A stretch of 64,000 nucleotides of DNA from Eledone cirrhosa (taxonomy: Eukaryota), in assembly GCA_964016885.1 (NCBI GenBank), contig OZ024740.1, positions 183,706,001 to 183,770,000 on the forward strand, written 5' to 3'. The notes below the pieces were generated by a model. It saw nothing but the letters and a program-made list of their open reading frames with translations. It ran no database searches and had not been told where the DNA came from. Positions 37,840 through 51,190 of this stretch are shown here, piece after piece. Position 1 is the stretch's first letter, and the number at the start of each line of letters is the position of its first letter. The position numbers were made by a program, and so were the translations under genes.

Positions 37840-40281
37840 ATGGAAAAACAATATTTGGGAACCTCTTTAAAAAACATACCAATACCTTCTAAGGATGACT
37901 TCTTACTCCTTATGATTCAAAAAACTAATAATTTTATCAGAAGGGTTAGATGGAGAGCCTACCACTTCGATAGAAAATCTAAACAAGCAGATCGGAAATA
38001 TATGTATGATTTCAATACCTACAAGAATCCACCACACAACTTTTTACTTGAAGACTTCGAGAAAGACCTTTTTAATTTAATTAAACACCTCAAATTTAAA
38101 AAGTATAAATCCGTCTTTCAAAAGGACCTTGATTCTACCCTATTGGACCTAAAAAAGTCTAAAAAAATCCATGTCCACTCGGACAAAACTGGTAACTTGT
38201 ATCATATGGATATTGAACATTATAATGAGTTCATATATAAAGAACTCAGAAAAAATTATAAAAAATCTAATAATGCGTCACTCACCAACATCAACAACAA
38301 AACACACAACATAGTAAAAAAACTAAACATTGAAGATAGAACTGAACCTTTGGCATTGAAAAGACCACACTTCAACCTGAAGGATCATAAATCAAACTTT
38401 AACTCAAATCCTTCTATTAGACTTATATGTCCCTCCAAATCAGATATTGGAATAATTAGCAAAAAAATTTTGGATAGAGTCATCCCACAAATAAGAAAAC
38501 ACGTTATTTTACCACTCTGGGAAAACACCTCCCAGGTAATTAACTGGTTTAAAAATATTAGATGTAAATCTTCTGCTTCTTTTCTACAATTTGATATAGA
38601 TAATTACTATTCTTCTATATCACCTATACTCCTGAACAAAGCATTGATATTTGCTAAAAATAGATCTAACTTAACTTTGGATGACATTAATATTATTACA
38701 CATGCTAGACTAACACTTATTGAATTTCAGAATGAATACTGGACCAGAAACACATATAGTAATCTATTTGATATTACTATGGGTTCAAGCGATTCCGCCC
38801 AAATTACTGATCTTGTGGGCCTCTTTCTCCTTTTCAACATAAATGCCTCCTTTCCCCACCTCAAAGGTGGTTTATATCGTGATGACTGTCTTCTTCTTTC
38901 TAACAACCTTAGCCTTTCAGAAATTGAAAAAAACAAAAAACATATTAGAACTTTCCTTAAAGACTATTATAATCTTAATATTACTTTTGAAAAAACAAGT
39001 AAAGTAGTAAATTTCCTAGATATAACTTTAGATTTAGCTACGGGTATCTACCAACCTTACCATAAACCAAACCAAAACTTACATTACATACACTCACAAT
39101 CTAATCACCCTAAATCTATCCTTAAAAACCTTGCATATAATATATCACTTAGAATTTCTAACCTTTCTTCTAACCAAGATGTATTTGATAAAAATGCGAC
39201 CTTCTATAACGAAGCTCTAGATAGAAGTGGCCACAAAAATAGATTAGAATATATACCTTCTACTAAAAATACTGAAAGCATACAACCTAATATTACCAAC
39301 AAACACCAAATGAAAAGTACACACCTAAATGCCACCCACACTATACCCCAAAATACCAAATCTTCTAATATAAAGTATAGTAACTCTCAAAAAACTACTC
39401 ATCATACAACTCTAATAAATATTAATAATAAAACTCCTAATAAAAAGGATAAAACACCTAAATCTACAAATATAACTAAAAATGGTTGTGGTGAGATCAT
39501 TAACATTAATCCTCCTAGTAAAAATCACGATACAACATATAAAAATAATAAAAATAATAAACAACATAGAAACCGTAATAGACGGGTTACTTGGTATAAT
39601 GCTCCATTTAATTTACAAATTAAGGATAATATTGCTAAACAATTTTTTTATATCCTAGAGAAAAACTTCCCGCCAAACCACAAATACCATCAAATCTTAA
39701 ATAGGTCTACAGTTAAATTCTCATACTCTACAACAAATAACATAAAACAAAATATAAGTGCCTATAATGCATATAAATGTAAGAAAACCATAAGTATACC
39801 ACCAGTACATCAAATTAACCATAATATCTCCTCAAATACAGAATTAACGAAAGGTTGTAACTGTAGAAACAAAGCAAACTGCCCATTAAAAGGGAATTGT
39901 CTTGTTAACAACATAGTCTATAAATGTAATGTTAAAACTAAAGATTCTATTTGCTCATATATAGGAGCTACCTCTAACAATTTTAAGACAAGGTTTAATA
40001 CCCACAAGCATAGTTTTAAAAATGCCGCACTGGCTAATACAACATCTCTAGCAGAAAAAATCAATAGTTATAAAAATAAGAATATAGAATATGATTTGAC
40101 CTGGAGTGTGCTCAAAAGAGCCACCCCTTATCAAAATAATAGAAATGAATGTAGATTATGTTCCCAAGAACTATTTGAAATAATGAAATCTAAGGATATC
40201 CTATTAAATAAACGACAGGAATTAATTATATCGTGTAATCATAAACTAAAAAAAACATTTAAATATTATAAACCTAATTAA
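37840..40281 (+). CDS. PLE RT + GIY-YIG polyprotein, copy 2
   Basis: Intact ORF; differs from copy 1 by S->N in KTG(S/N)LY; track start TTG 37819. Confidence 0.95.
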   Translation: MEKQYLGTSLKNIPIPSKDDFLLLMIQKTNNFIRRVRWRAYHFDRKSKQADRKYMYDFNTYKNPPHNFLLEDFEKDLFNLIKHLKFKKYKSVFQKDLDSTLLDLKKSKKIHVHSDKTGNLYHMDIEHYNEFIYKELRKNYKKSNNASLTNINNKTHNIVKKLNIEDRTEPLALKRPHFNLKDHKSNFNSNPSIRLICPSKSDIGIISKKILDRVIPQIRKHVILPLWENTSQVINWFKNIRCKSSASFLQFDIDNYYSSISPILLNKALIFAKNRSNLTLDDINIITHARLTLIEFQNEYWTRNTYSNLFDITMGSSDSAQITDLVGLFLLFNINASFPHLKGGLYRDDCLLLSNNLSLSEIEKNKKHIRTFLKDYYNLNITFEKTSKVVNFLDITLDLATGIYQPYHKPNQNLHYIHSQSNHPKSILKNLAYNISLRISNLSSNQDVFDKNATFYNEALDRSGHKNRLEYIPSTKNTESIQPNITNKHQMKSTHLNATHTIPQNTKSSNIKYSNSQKTTHHTTLININNKTPNKKDKTPKSTNITKNGCGEIININPPSKNHDTTYKNNKNNKQHRNRNRRVTWYNAPFNLQIKDNIAKQFFYILEKNFPPNHKYHQILNRSTVKFSYSTTNNIKQNISAYNAYKCKKTISIPPVHQINHNISSNTELTKGCNCRNKANCPLKGNCLVNNIVYKCNVKTKDSICSYIGATSNNFKTRFNTHKHSFKNAALANTTSLAEKINSYKNKNIEYDLTWSVLKRATPYQNNRNECRLCSQELFEIMKSKDILLNKRQELIISCNHKLKKTFKYYKPN

Positions 40282-41602
40282 TAACATTATTTTAGAAATT
40301 AATTTAATTTAAATGTTAGTTAACCTATAAATTTAATTTTAATTTAATTAAAATTCTATTACAGATGAGAATATAAAATATTATGTAATCATAAATTGTG
40401 AAAAACCTTTAAATATTACTAATATATACTTAGTAATTTAATTTATAGATTAATTTTAATTTATTTAAACCTTTTATTATAATTCTTTTACAGATAAAAT
40501 ATAACAAAATATCGTGTATCCAATGACAGAGAAATAATTTTTAGTATTATAGACCTAATTAATATACATTTTAGAAATATATTTATAATTTGGTTTTAAT
40601 TTTAGTCAACCTAAAAATTTAATTTAATTGGCTTAAAATTAGTATCCTTATACAGACGAATTGCAGAATGTCATGTAATCATAGAATGGGATGTGTTTTG
40701 GATATATACCTAGTTAATATATTCTTTGCAATTTTTGAAAAAATATGTATATGTATATGTGTATGTGTATGTGTATGTGTGTGTATATGTGTATATATGT
40801 ATATATATATGTATATATATGTATATATATATGTGTATGTATATGTATATGTATATGTATTAATTTTGATTTCTATTTGCATATAATTATATTCTGCTTT
40901 TGATAAAATACAATATCTGTTTTATTTATTATATACCTAATTAACATATACTATAGAAATAAATATATAATTTTTAATTTAGTTAACCTATAATTTATAT
41001 TCTACTACCGATGTAATACTTTATTTGTTTTTTCCCTATTACTAAATTCATTTCCTAATATTGATACCATAACGTTATTAACTTTAATTTAGTTATACTA
41101 TAATTAATACTCTACTACTATTTAACTTCAAAATTCTGCTTCAAATATTATAAACCTAACTAATTTACACCTTAGAAATCAATATGTTAACTATCTTTAG
41201 TTTAGTTAACATATAATTAAGGGTATACTTATTTATTTTGAAATGCATAAATTTTGCCTTATTTCTTGTTTATTGTATTTCCTAACACTGAAACTATGTA
41301 AAAACATACATTGGATCCAGATACGGATAATATTCTATGTTTCTTGAAACATATATTTACTATAATCCCCTTCTCACCCCCCCCCCTTTCCCCCATACTA
41401 TTATCATCTGTGTTTGTAAGCGTGTATGTATGAATATATATGTAGGTAGGTGTATATATGTTTGGGTATTTATATCTGAATATAAAAATACATATATGCG
41501 CATGCAAATAAGAATGTAAGATTGTGTGTGTATATATATGTGTGTATGTATGTGTATGTGTGTATATATGCATGTGTATATATATGTGTATGTGTATGTG
41601 TG

Positions 41603-41657
<55 letters not shown>

Positions 41658-41910
41658 ATGTATGTATGTATATGTGTGTGTGTATATATATGTATGTCTC
41701 TCTATTTATATGTCTATCTTCGTATCTATGTGGATATATGTGTGTGTGTGCATGTATACACATATATGTGTTTATGTGTATATGTGTGTATGTGTATATA
41801 TGTGTGTGTGCACACACATATATATGTGAGTGTGTATGTGTGTGTGTGTATATGTATGTGTATATATATATATATATATATATCTATGTGTGTATATGTG
41901 TCTATATTAG

Positions 41911-41957
<47 letters not shown>

Positions 41958-42540
41958 TATTTATTATTATAATATAACTTATGTGTATGTGTGTATATGT
42001 GAGGGTGTGTATATGTATATATATGTGTATATATATGTGTAAAAAAATATATATGTGCATGTCTGTTTTTTATGTGTGTGTATATATATATATATGTGTA
42101 TATATATGTATATGTGGGTGTTTGTATGTGTATTTATGGTTGTATGTGTGTGTGGGTATATATATATAAGTGTATGTGTATATATATATATATATATATG
42201 TGTATATATATCTCTATTAATGCGTGTATATATGTATATGTTTATGCCTTTTTCTTTGTATGTCTGAGTTGGGTGAGGGTGTAGTGGTGTTTCTATGTAT
42301 ATACGCATATATGAATGCGTATGTATTTGTATATATGAGTATATGTAAGTGCGTATGTATGTATGAATATATATCTAATTCTATGTATGAGTATATATGT
42401 GTGTATGTATGTTGTGTGTGTATGTATGTATATGTCTATGTGTGTATATATATATGTATGTATGTGTGTGTATGTATCTATGTATGTGTATGTATGTACA
42501 TATATGTCTATGTATGTGTGTATGTATATGTATGTGTATA

Positions 42541-42579
<39 letters not shown>

Positions 42580-42775
42580 TTATTTTATATATATGTGTGT
42601 GTCTGTATGTGTGTGTGTGTGTGTATATATATCTTTATATATGTGTATGTGTATGTTCGTGTAGGTGTATGTGTGTGTATGACTATATATGTATGTGTGT
42701 ATGTGTGTATGTGTATATATATCTATGTGTGTGTACATGTATGTATGTGTATGTATGTGTATGTGTGTATATGTG

Positions 42776-42846
<71 letters not shown>

Positions 42847-43124
42847 GTTTCTCTATTTCTATATGTATATGTGTATAGCTATATACCTTTTTCTTTGTAT
42901 GTCTGAGTTGTGTGAGAGTGTAGTGGTGTTTGTATGTATATACCGATATATAGATGCGTAAGTATTTGTCTGTATGTATGTATGTATGTCTGTATGTATT
43001 TGTGTGTATATATAGGTATGTATGTGTATATCTGTATGTATATAAGTATGTAAGTGTATGTATAAGTGCGTGTATGTGTGTATATATATGTGTGTCTATA
43101 TAGTATGTGTGAGTATATGTGTAT

Positions 43125-43200
<76 letters not shown>

Positions 43201-43328
43201 ATTTATATGTATGTGTGTATATGTATGTATGTGTGTATATGTATATGTTTATATATGTGTGTGTATGTATGTTCTAAGTGTGGATGTGTGTATATGTATG
43301 TATGTGTTTGTATATGTGTATATATGTG

Positions 43329-43382
<54 letters not shown>

Positions 43383-44007
43383 CTTGATATATTTCTTTTT
43401 TCTTTTTTCTTTTTCTTTTCTTTCCTTTTTAATGTTTATTTATTATTTATTATTTTTTATTTTCTTAGTTTATAGATACATCTATATTAAGCAGTCTGCC
43501 CAAACCGTTGAATACTGACCTCTCCCCCCCTCCCACCTAATTTCTGTATCTTGATCTAAATGTGTGTGCCAGTGTTTATGTGAGTGAATTAATATCCATG
43601 TGCTTAGGATTTTATATCCACATATATATATGTGAGTGGGGGTGTGTGTGTGTTTGTATGTTCGTAGTTATGTGTATGTTTATGCATATACGCGCGTGTG
43701 TGTGTGATTGTACGGATATGTGAGTATGAAAATATGTGTATACATTTATTTCATATTTATGTGTCTATACGCATCTTATCTGTGCATTATAAACTTACAG
43801 AGACATTAACCTTGAAATTTTGTATTTGCATCCATCCTTTTGGTATGCGTATACAAGTTGTGCATACATTTTTGTAAAATATGTGTAAGGGTAGTTACAT
43901 GTATATACACACACCGAACTGCATTAAACCTTTTGTATTTTCATTGGTCAATTTTGTTCCCAAACGGACCTGAAATTTTGAATTGTTGTTATTATCAATA
44001 AATATAT

Positions 44008-44161
44008 TTCATTATTTCTGAAGACGGCGTATATATGTGTTGGTATGTATATTTAATCTTGATAGTTTGTATAATTTTGTATAATTTTGTACATAGATCT
44101 GTTGAATATGCATGCCAATTCTAACACATATATATCCTAGAAACGATCGTTAAATAATGAA
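44008..44161 (+). ncRNA. PLE hammerhead ribozyme, unit 2
   Basis: Same sequence as 37336-37489. Confidence 0.8.
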
Positions 44162-44511
44162 CTTTTTTTGTTTAATATAAGGACCTGTTTCATTGTTTAT
44201 TCATTATTTGTTTAATATTTTATCTTGACTCTGTATACCGTTTATCTTTCACCGAAAGTGATTTTTCATTACATCTCTTCTTTCCATGATATCCGGAATA
44301 CATTGAGTTCTTCATACGGATTGGACACTACCGTAAACTCTTGGTAGATTTATCTACATAATTTTTGCTCCTATTTTCACGGAAATATTCGTATTTTTGT
44401 ACTGTATGTGTGTATTAATTTTATATTTATGTATATACATATATATGTATGATTTTATAAACCCATATACATTTAGTTGAGCTCTTTCAATTGTCCATCA
44501 TCCATATCACA

Positions 44512-46953
44512 ATGGAAAAACAATATTTGGGAACCTCTTTAAAAAACATACCAATACCTTCTAAGGATGACTTCTTACTCCTTATGATTCAAAAAACTAA
44601 TAATTTTATCAGAAGGGTTAGATGGAGAGCCTACCACTTCGATAGAAAATCTAAACAAGCAGATCGGAAATATATGTATGATTTCAATACCTACAAGAAT
44701 CCACCACACAACTTTTTACTTGAAGACTTCGAGAAAGACCTTTTTAATTTAATTAAACACCTCAAATTTAAAAAGTATAAATCCGTCTTTCAAAAGGACC
44801 TTGATTCTACCCTATTGGACCTAAAAAAGTCTAAAAAAATCCATGTCCACTCGGACAAAACTGGTAACTTGTATCATATGGATATTGAACATTATAATGA
44901 GTTCATATATAAAGAACTCAGAAAAAATTATAAAAAATCTAATAATGCGTCACTCACCAACATCAACAACAAAACACACAACATAGTAAAAAAACTAAAC
45001 ATTGAAGATAGAACTGAACCTTTGGCATTGAAAAGACCACACTTCAACCTGAAGGATCATAAATCAAACTTTAACTCAAATCCTTCTATTAGACTTATAT
45101 GTCCCTCCAAATCAGATATTGGAATAATTAGCAAAAAAATTTTGGATAGAGTCATCCCACAAATAAGAAAACACGTTATTTTACCACTCTGGGAAAACAC
45201 CTCCCAGGTAATTAACTGGTTTAAAAATATTAGATGTAAATCTTCTGCTTCTTTTCTACAATTTGATATAGATAATTACTATTCTTCTATATCACCTATA
45301 CTCCTGAACAAAGCATTGATATTTGCTAAAAATAGATCTAACTTAACTTTGGATGACATTAATATTATTACACATGCTAGACTAACACTTATTGAATTTC
45401 AGAATGAATACTGGACCAGAAACACATATAGTAATCTATTTGATATTACTATGGGTTCAAGCGATTCCGCCCAAATTACTGATCTTGTGGGCCTCTTTCT
45501 CCTTTTCAACATAAATGCCTCCTTTCCCCACCTCAAAGGTGGTTTATATCGTGATGACTGTCTTCTTCTTTCTAACAACCTTAGCCTTTCAGAAATTGAA
45601 AAAAACAAAAAACATATTAGAACTTTCCTTAAAGACTATTATAATCTTAATATTACTTTTGAAAAAACAAGTAAAGTAGTAAATTTCCTAGATATAACTT
45701 TAGATTTAGCTACGGGTATCTACCAACCTTACCATAAACCAAACCAAAACTTACATTACATACACTCACAATCTAATCACCCTAAATCTATCCTTAAAAA
45801 CCTTGCATATAATATATCACTTAGAATTTCTAACCTTTCTTCTAACCAAGATGTATTTGATAAAAATGCGACCTTCTATAACGAAGCTCTAGATAGAAGT
45901 GGCCACAAAAATAGATTAGAATATATACCTTCTACTAAAAATACTGAAAGCATACAACCTAATATTACCAACAAACACCAAATGAAAAGTACACACCTAA
46001 ATGCCACCCACACTATACCCCAAAATACCAAATCTTCTAATATAAAGTATAGTAACTCTCAAAAAACTACTCATCATACAACTCTAATAAATATTAATAA
46101 TAAAACTCCTAATAAAAAGGATAAAACACCTAAATCTACAAATATAACTAAAAATGGTTGTGGTGAGATCATTAACATTAATCCTCCTAGTAAAAATCAC
46201 GATACAACATATCAAAATAATAAAAATAATAAACAACATAGAAACCGTAATAGACGGGTTACTTGGTATAATGCTCCATTTAATTTACAAATTAAGGATA
46301 ATATTGCTAAACAATTTTTTTATATCCTAGAGAAAAACTTCCCGCCAAACCACAAATACCATCAAATCTTAAATAGGTCTACAGTTAAATTCTCATACTC
46401 TACAACAAATAACATAAAACAAAATATAAGTGCCTATAATGCATATAAATGTAAGAAAACCATAAGTATACCACCAGTACATCAAATTAACCATAATATC
46501 TCCTCAAATACAGAATTAACGAAAGGTTGTAACTGTAGAAACAAAGCAAACTGCCCATTAAAAGGGAATTGTCTTGTTAACAACATAGTCTATAAATGTA
46601 ATGTTAAAACTAAAGATTCTATTTGCTCATATATAGGAGCTACCTCTAACAATTTTAAGACAAGGTTTAATACCCACAAGCATAGTTTTAAAAATGCCGC
46701 ACTGGCTAATACAACATCTCTAGCAGAAAAAATCAATAGTTATAAAAATAAGAATATAGAATATGATTTGACCTGGAGTGTGCTCAAAAGAGCCACCCCT
46801 TATCAAAATAATAGAAATGAATGTAGATTATGTTCCCAAGAACTATTTGAAATAATGAAATCTAAGGATATCCTATTAAATAAACGACAGGAATTAATTA
46901 TATCGTGTAATCATAAACTAAAAAAAACATTTAAATATTATAAACCTAATTAA
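44512..46953 (+). CDS. PLE RT + GIY-YIG polyprotein, copy 3
   Basis: Intact ORF; private K->Q (TYQNN); track start TTG 44491. Confidence 0.95.
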   Translation: MEKQYLGTSLKNIPIPSKDDFLLLMIQKTNNFIRRVRWRAYHFDRKSKQADRKYMYDFNTYKNPPHNFLLEDFEKDLFNLIKHLKFKKYKSVFQKDLDSTLLDLKKSKKIHVHSDKTGNLYHMDIEHYNEFIYKELRKNYKKSNNASLTNINNKTHNIVKKLNIEDRTEPLALKRPHFNLKDHKSNFNSNPSIRLICPSKSDIGIISKKILDRVIPQIRKHVILPLWENTSQVINWFKNIRCKSSASFLQFDIDNYYSSISPILLNKALIFAKNRSNLTLDDINIITHARLTLIEFQNEYWTRNTYSNLFDITMGSSDSAQITDLVGLFLLFNINASFPHLKGGLYRDDCLLLSNNLSLSEIEKNKKHIRTFLKDYYNLNITFEKTSKVVNFLDITLDLATGIYQPYHKPNQNLHYIHSQSNHPKSILKNLAYNISLRISNLSSNQDVFDKNATFYNEALDRSGHKNRLEYIPSTKNTESIQPNITNKHQMKSTHLNATHTIPQNTKSSNIKYSNSQKTTHHTTLININNKTPNKKDKTPKSTNITKNGCGEIININPPSKNHDTTYQNNKNNKQHRNRNRRVTWYNAPFNLQIKDNIAKQFFYILEKNFPPNHKYHQILNRSTVKFSYSTTNNIKQNISAYNAYKCKKTISIPPVHQINHNISSNTELTKGCNCRNKANCPLKGNCLVNNIVYKCNVKTKDSICSYIGATSNNFKTRFNTHKHSFKNAALANTTSLAEKINSYKNKNIEYDLTWSVLKRATPYQNNRNECRLCSQELFEIMKSKDILLNKRQELIISCNHKLKKTFKYYKPN

Positions 46954-48277
46954 TAACATTATTTTAGAAATTAATTTAATTTAAATGTTAGTTAACCTAT
47001 AAATTTAATTTTAATTTAATTAAAATTCTATTACAGATGAGAATATAAAATATTATGTAATCATAAATTGTGAAAAACCTTTAAATATTACTAATATATA
47101 CTTAGTAATTTAATTTATAGATTAATTTTAATTTATTTAAACCTTTTATTATAATTCTTTTACAGATAAAATATAACAAAATATCGTGTATCCAATGACA
47201 GAGAAATAATTTTTAGTATTATAGACCTAATTAATATACATTTTAGAAATATATTTATAATTTGGTTTTAATTTTAGTCAACCTAAAAATTTAATTTAAT
47301 TGGCTTAAAATTAGTATCCTTATACAGACGAATTGCAGAATGTCATGTAATCATAGAATGGGATGTGTTTTGGATATATACCTAGTTAATATATTCTTTG
47401 CAATTTTTGAAAAAATATGTATATGTATATGTGTATGTGTATGTGTATGTGTGTGTATATGTGTATATATGTATATATATATGTATATATATGTATATAT
47501 ATATGTGTATGTATATGTATATGTATATGTATTAATTTTGATTTCTATTTGCATATAATTATATTCTGCTTTTGATAAAATACAATATCTGTTTTATTTA
47601 TTATATACCTAATTAACATATACTATAGAAATAAATATATAATTTTTAATTTAGTTAACCTATAATTTATATTCTACTACCGATGTAATACTTTATTTGT
47701 TTTTTCCCTATTACTAAATTCATTTCCTAATATTGATACCATAACGTTATTAACTTTAATTTAGTTATACTATAATTAATACTCTACTACTATTTAACTT
47801 CAAAATTCTGCTTCAAATATTATAAACCTAACTAATTTACACCTTAGAAATCAATATGTTAACTATCTTTAGTTTAGTTAACATATAATTAAGGGTATAC
47901 TTATTTATTTTGAAATGCATAAATTTTGCCTTATTTCTTGTTTATTGTATTTCCTAACACTGAAACTATGTAAAAACATACATTGGATCCAGATACGGAT
48001 AATATTCTATGTTTCTTGAAACATATATTTACTATAATCCCCTTCTCACCCCCCCCCCCCCTTTCCCCCATACTATTATCATCTGTGTTTGTAAGCGTGT
48101 ATGTATGAATATATATGTAGGTAGGTGTATATATGTTTGGGTATTTATATCTGAATATAAAAATACATATATGCGCATGCAAATAAGAATGTAAGATTGT
48201 GTGTGTATATATATGTGTGTATGTATGTGTATGTGTGTATATATGCATGTGTATATATATGTGTATGTGTATGTGTG

Positions 48278-48332
<55 letters not shown>

Positions 48333-48585
48333 ATGTATGTATGTATATGTGTGTGTGTATATATATGTATGTCTCTCTATTTATATGTCTATCTTCGTAT
48401 CTATGTGGATATATGTGTGTGTGTGCATGTATACACATATATGTGTTTATGTGTATATGTGTGTATGTGTATATATGTGTGTGTGCACACACATATATAT
48501 GTGAGTGTGTATGTGTGTGTGTGTATATGTATGTGTATATATATATATATATATATATCTATGTGTGTATATGTGTCTATATTAG

Positions 48586-48632
<47 letters not shown>

Positions 48633-49217
48633 TATTTATTATTATAATATAACTTATGTGTATGTGTGTATATGTGAGGGTGTGTATATGTATATATATG
48701 TGTATATATATGTGTAAAAAAATATATATGTGCATGTCTGTTTTTTATGTGTGTGTATATATATATATATGTGTATATATATGTATATGTGGGTGTTTGT
48801 ATGTGTATTTATGGTTGTATGTGTGTGTGGGTATATATATATAAGTGTATGTGTATATATATATATATATATATATGTGTATATATATCTCTATTAATGC
48901 GTGTATATATGTATATGTTTATGCCTTTTTCTTTGTATGTCTGAGTTGGGTGAGGGTGTAGTGGTGTTTCTATGTATATACGCATATATGAATGCGTATG
49001 TATTTGTATATATGAGTATATGTAAGTGCGTATGTATGTATGAATATATATCTAATTCTATGTATGAGTATATATGTGTGTATGTATGTTGTGTGTGTAT
49101 GTATGTATATGTCTATGTGTGTATATATATATGTATGTATGTGTGTGTATGTATCTATGTATGTGTATGTATGTACATATATGTCTATGTATGTGTGTAT
49201 GTATATGTATGTGTATA

Positions 49218-49256
<39 letters not shown>

Positions 49257-49450
49257 TTATTTTATATATATGTGTGTGTCTGTATGTGTGTGTGTGTGTA
49301 TATATATCTTTATATATGTGTATGTGTATGTTCGTGTAGGTGTATGTGTGTGTATGACTATATATGTATGTGTGTATGTGTGTATGTGTATATATATCTA
49401 TGTGTGTGTACATGTATGTATGTGTATGTATGTGTATGTGTGTATATGTG

Positions 49451-49517
<67 letters not shown>

Positions 49518-49795
49518 GTTTCTCTATTTCTATATGTATATGTGTATAGCTATATACCTTTTTCTTTGTATGTCTGAGTTGTGTGAGAGTGTAGTGGTGT
49601 TTGTATGTATATACCGATATATAGATGCGTAAGTATTTGTCTGTATGTATGTATGTATGTCTGTATGTATTTGTGTGTATATATAGGTATGTATGTGTAT
49701 ATCTGTATGTATATAAGTATGTAAGTGTATGTATAAGTGCGTGTATGTGTGTATATATATGTGTGTCTATATAGTATGTGTGAGTATATGTGTAT

Positions 49796-49877
<82 letters not shown>

Positions 49878-50005
49878 ATTTATATGTATGTGTGTATATG
49901 TATGTATGTGTGTATATGTATATGTTTATATATGTGTGTGTATGTATGTTCTAAGTGTGGATGTGTGTATATGTATGTATGTGTTTGTATATGTGTATAT
50001 ATGTG

Positions 50006-50059
<54 letters not shown>

Positions 50060-50686
50060 CTTGATATATTTCTTTTTTCTTTTTTCTTTTTCTTTTCTTT
50101 CCTTTTTAATGTTTATTTATTATTTATTATTTTTTATTTTCTTAGTTTATAGATACATCTATATTAAGCAGTCTGCCCAAACCGTTGAATACTGACCTCT
50201 CCCCCCCTCCCACCTAATTTCTGTATCTTGATCTAAATGTGTGTGCCAGTGTTTATGTGAGTGAATTAATATCCATGTGCTTAGGATTTTATATCCACAT
50301 ATATATATGTGAGTGGGGGTGTGTGTGTGTTTGTATGTTCGTAGTTATGTGTATGTTTATGCATATACGCGCGTGTGTGTGTGATTGTACGGATATGTGT
50401 GAGTATGAAAATATGTGTATACATTTATTTCATATTTATGTGTCTATACGCATCTTATCTGTGCATTATAAACTTACAGAGACATTAACCTTGAAATTTT
50501 GTATTTGCATCCATCCTTTTGGTATGCGTATACAAGTTGTGCATACATTTTTGTAAAATATGTGTAAGGGTAGTTACATGTATATACACACACCGAACTG
50601 CATTAAACCTTTTGTATTTTCATTGGTCAATTTTGTTCCCAAACGGACCTGAAATTTTGAATTGTTGTTATTATCAATAAATATAT

Positions 50687-50840
50687 TTCATTATTTCTGA
50701 AGACGGCGTATATATGTGTTGGTATGTATATTTAATCTTGATAGTTTGTATAATTTTGTATAATTTTGTACATAGATCTGTTGAATATGCATGCCAATTC
50801 TAACACATATATATCCTAGAAACGATCGTTAAATAATGAA
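50687..50840 (+). ncRNA. PLE hammerhead ribozyme, unit 3
   Basis: Same sequence as 37336-37489. Confidence 0.8.
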
Positions 50841-51190
50841 CTTTTTTTGTTTAATATAAGGACCTGTTTCATTGTTTATTCATTATTTGTTTAATATTTT
50901 ATCTTGACTCTGTATACCGTTTATCTTTCACCGAAAGTGATTTTTCATTACATCTCTTCTTTCCATGATATCCGGAATACATTGAGTTCTTCATACGGAT
51001 TGGACACTACCGTAAACTCTTGGTAGATTTATCTACATAATTTTTGCTCCTATTTTCACGGAAATATTCGTATTTTTGTACTGTATGTGTGTATTAATTT
51101 TATATTTATGTATATACATATATATGTATGATTTTATAAACCCATATACATTTAGTTGAGCTCTTTCAATTGTCCATCATCCATATCACA

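Larger units (their letters stand above)
37760..44431 (+). repeat. PLE tandem unit 2 (6672 bp)
   Basis: Near-identical to unit 1. Confidence 0.9.
44432..51110 (+). repeat. PLE tandem unit 3 (6679 bp)
   Basis: Near-identical to units 1-2. Confidence 0.9.
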
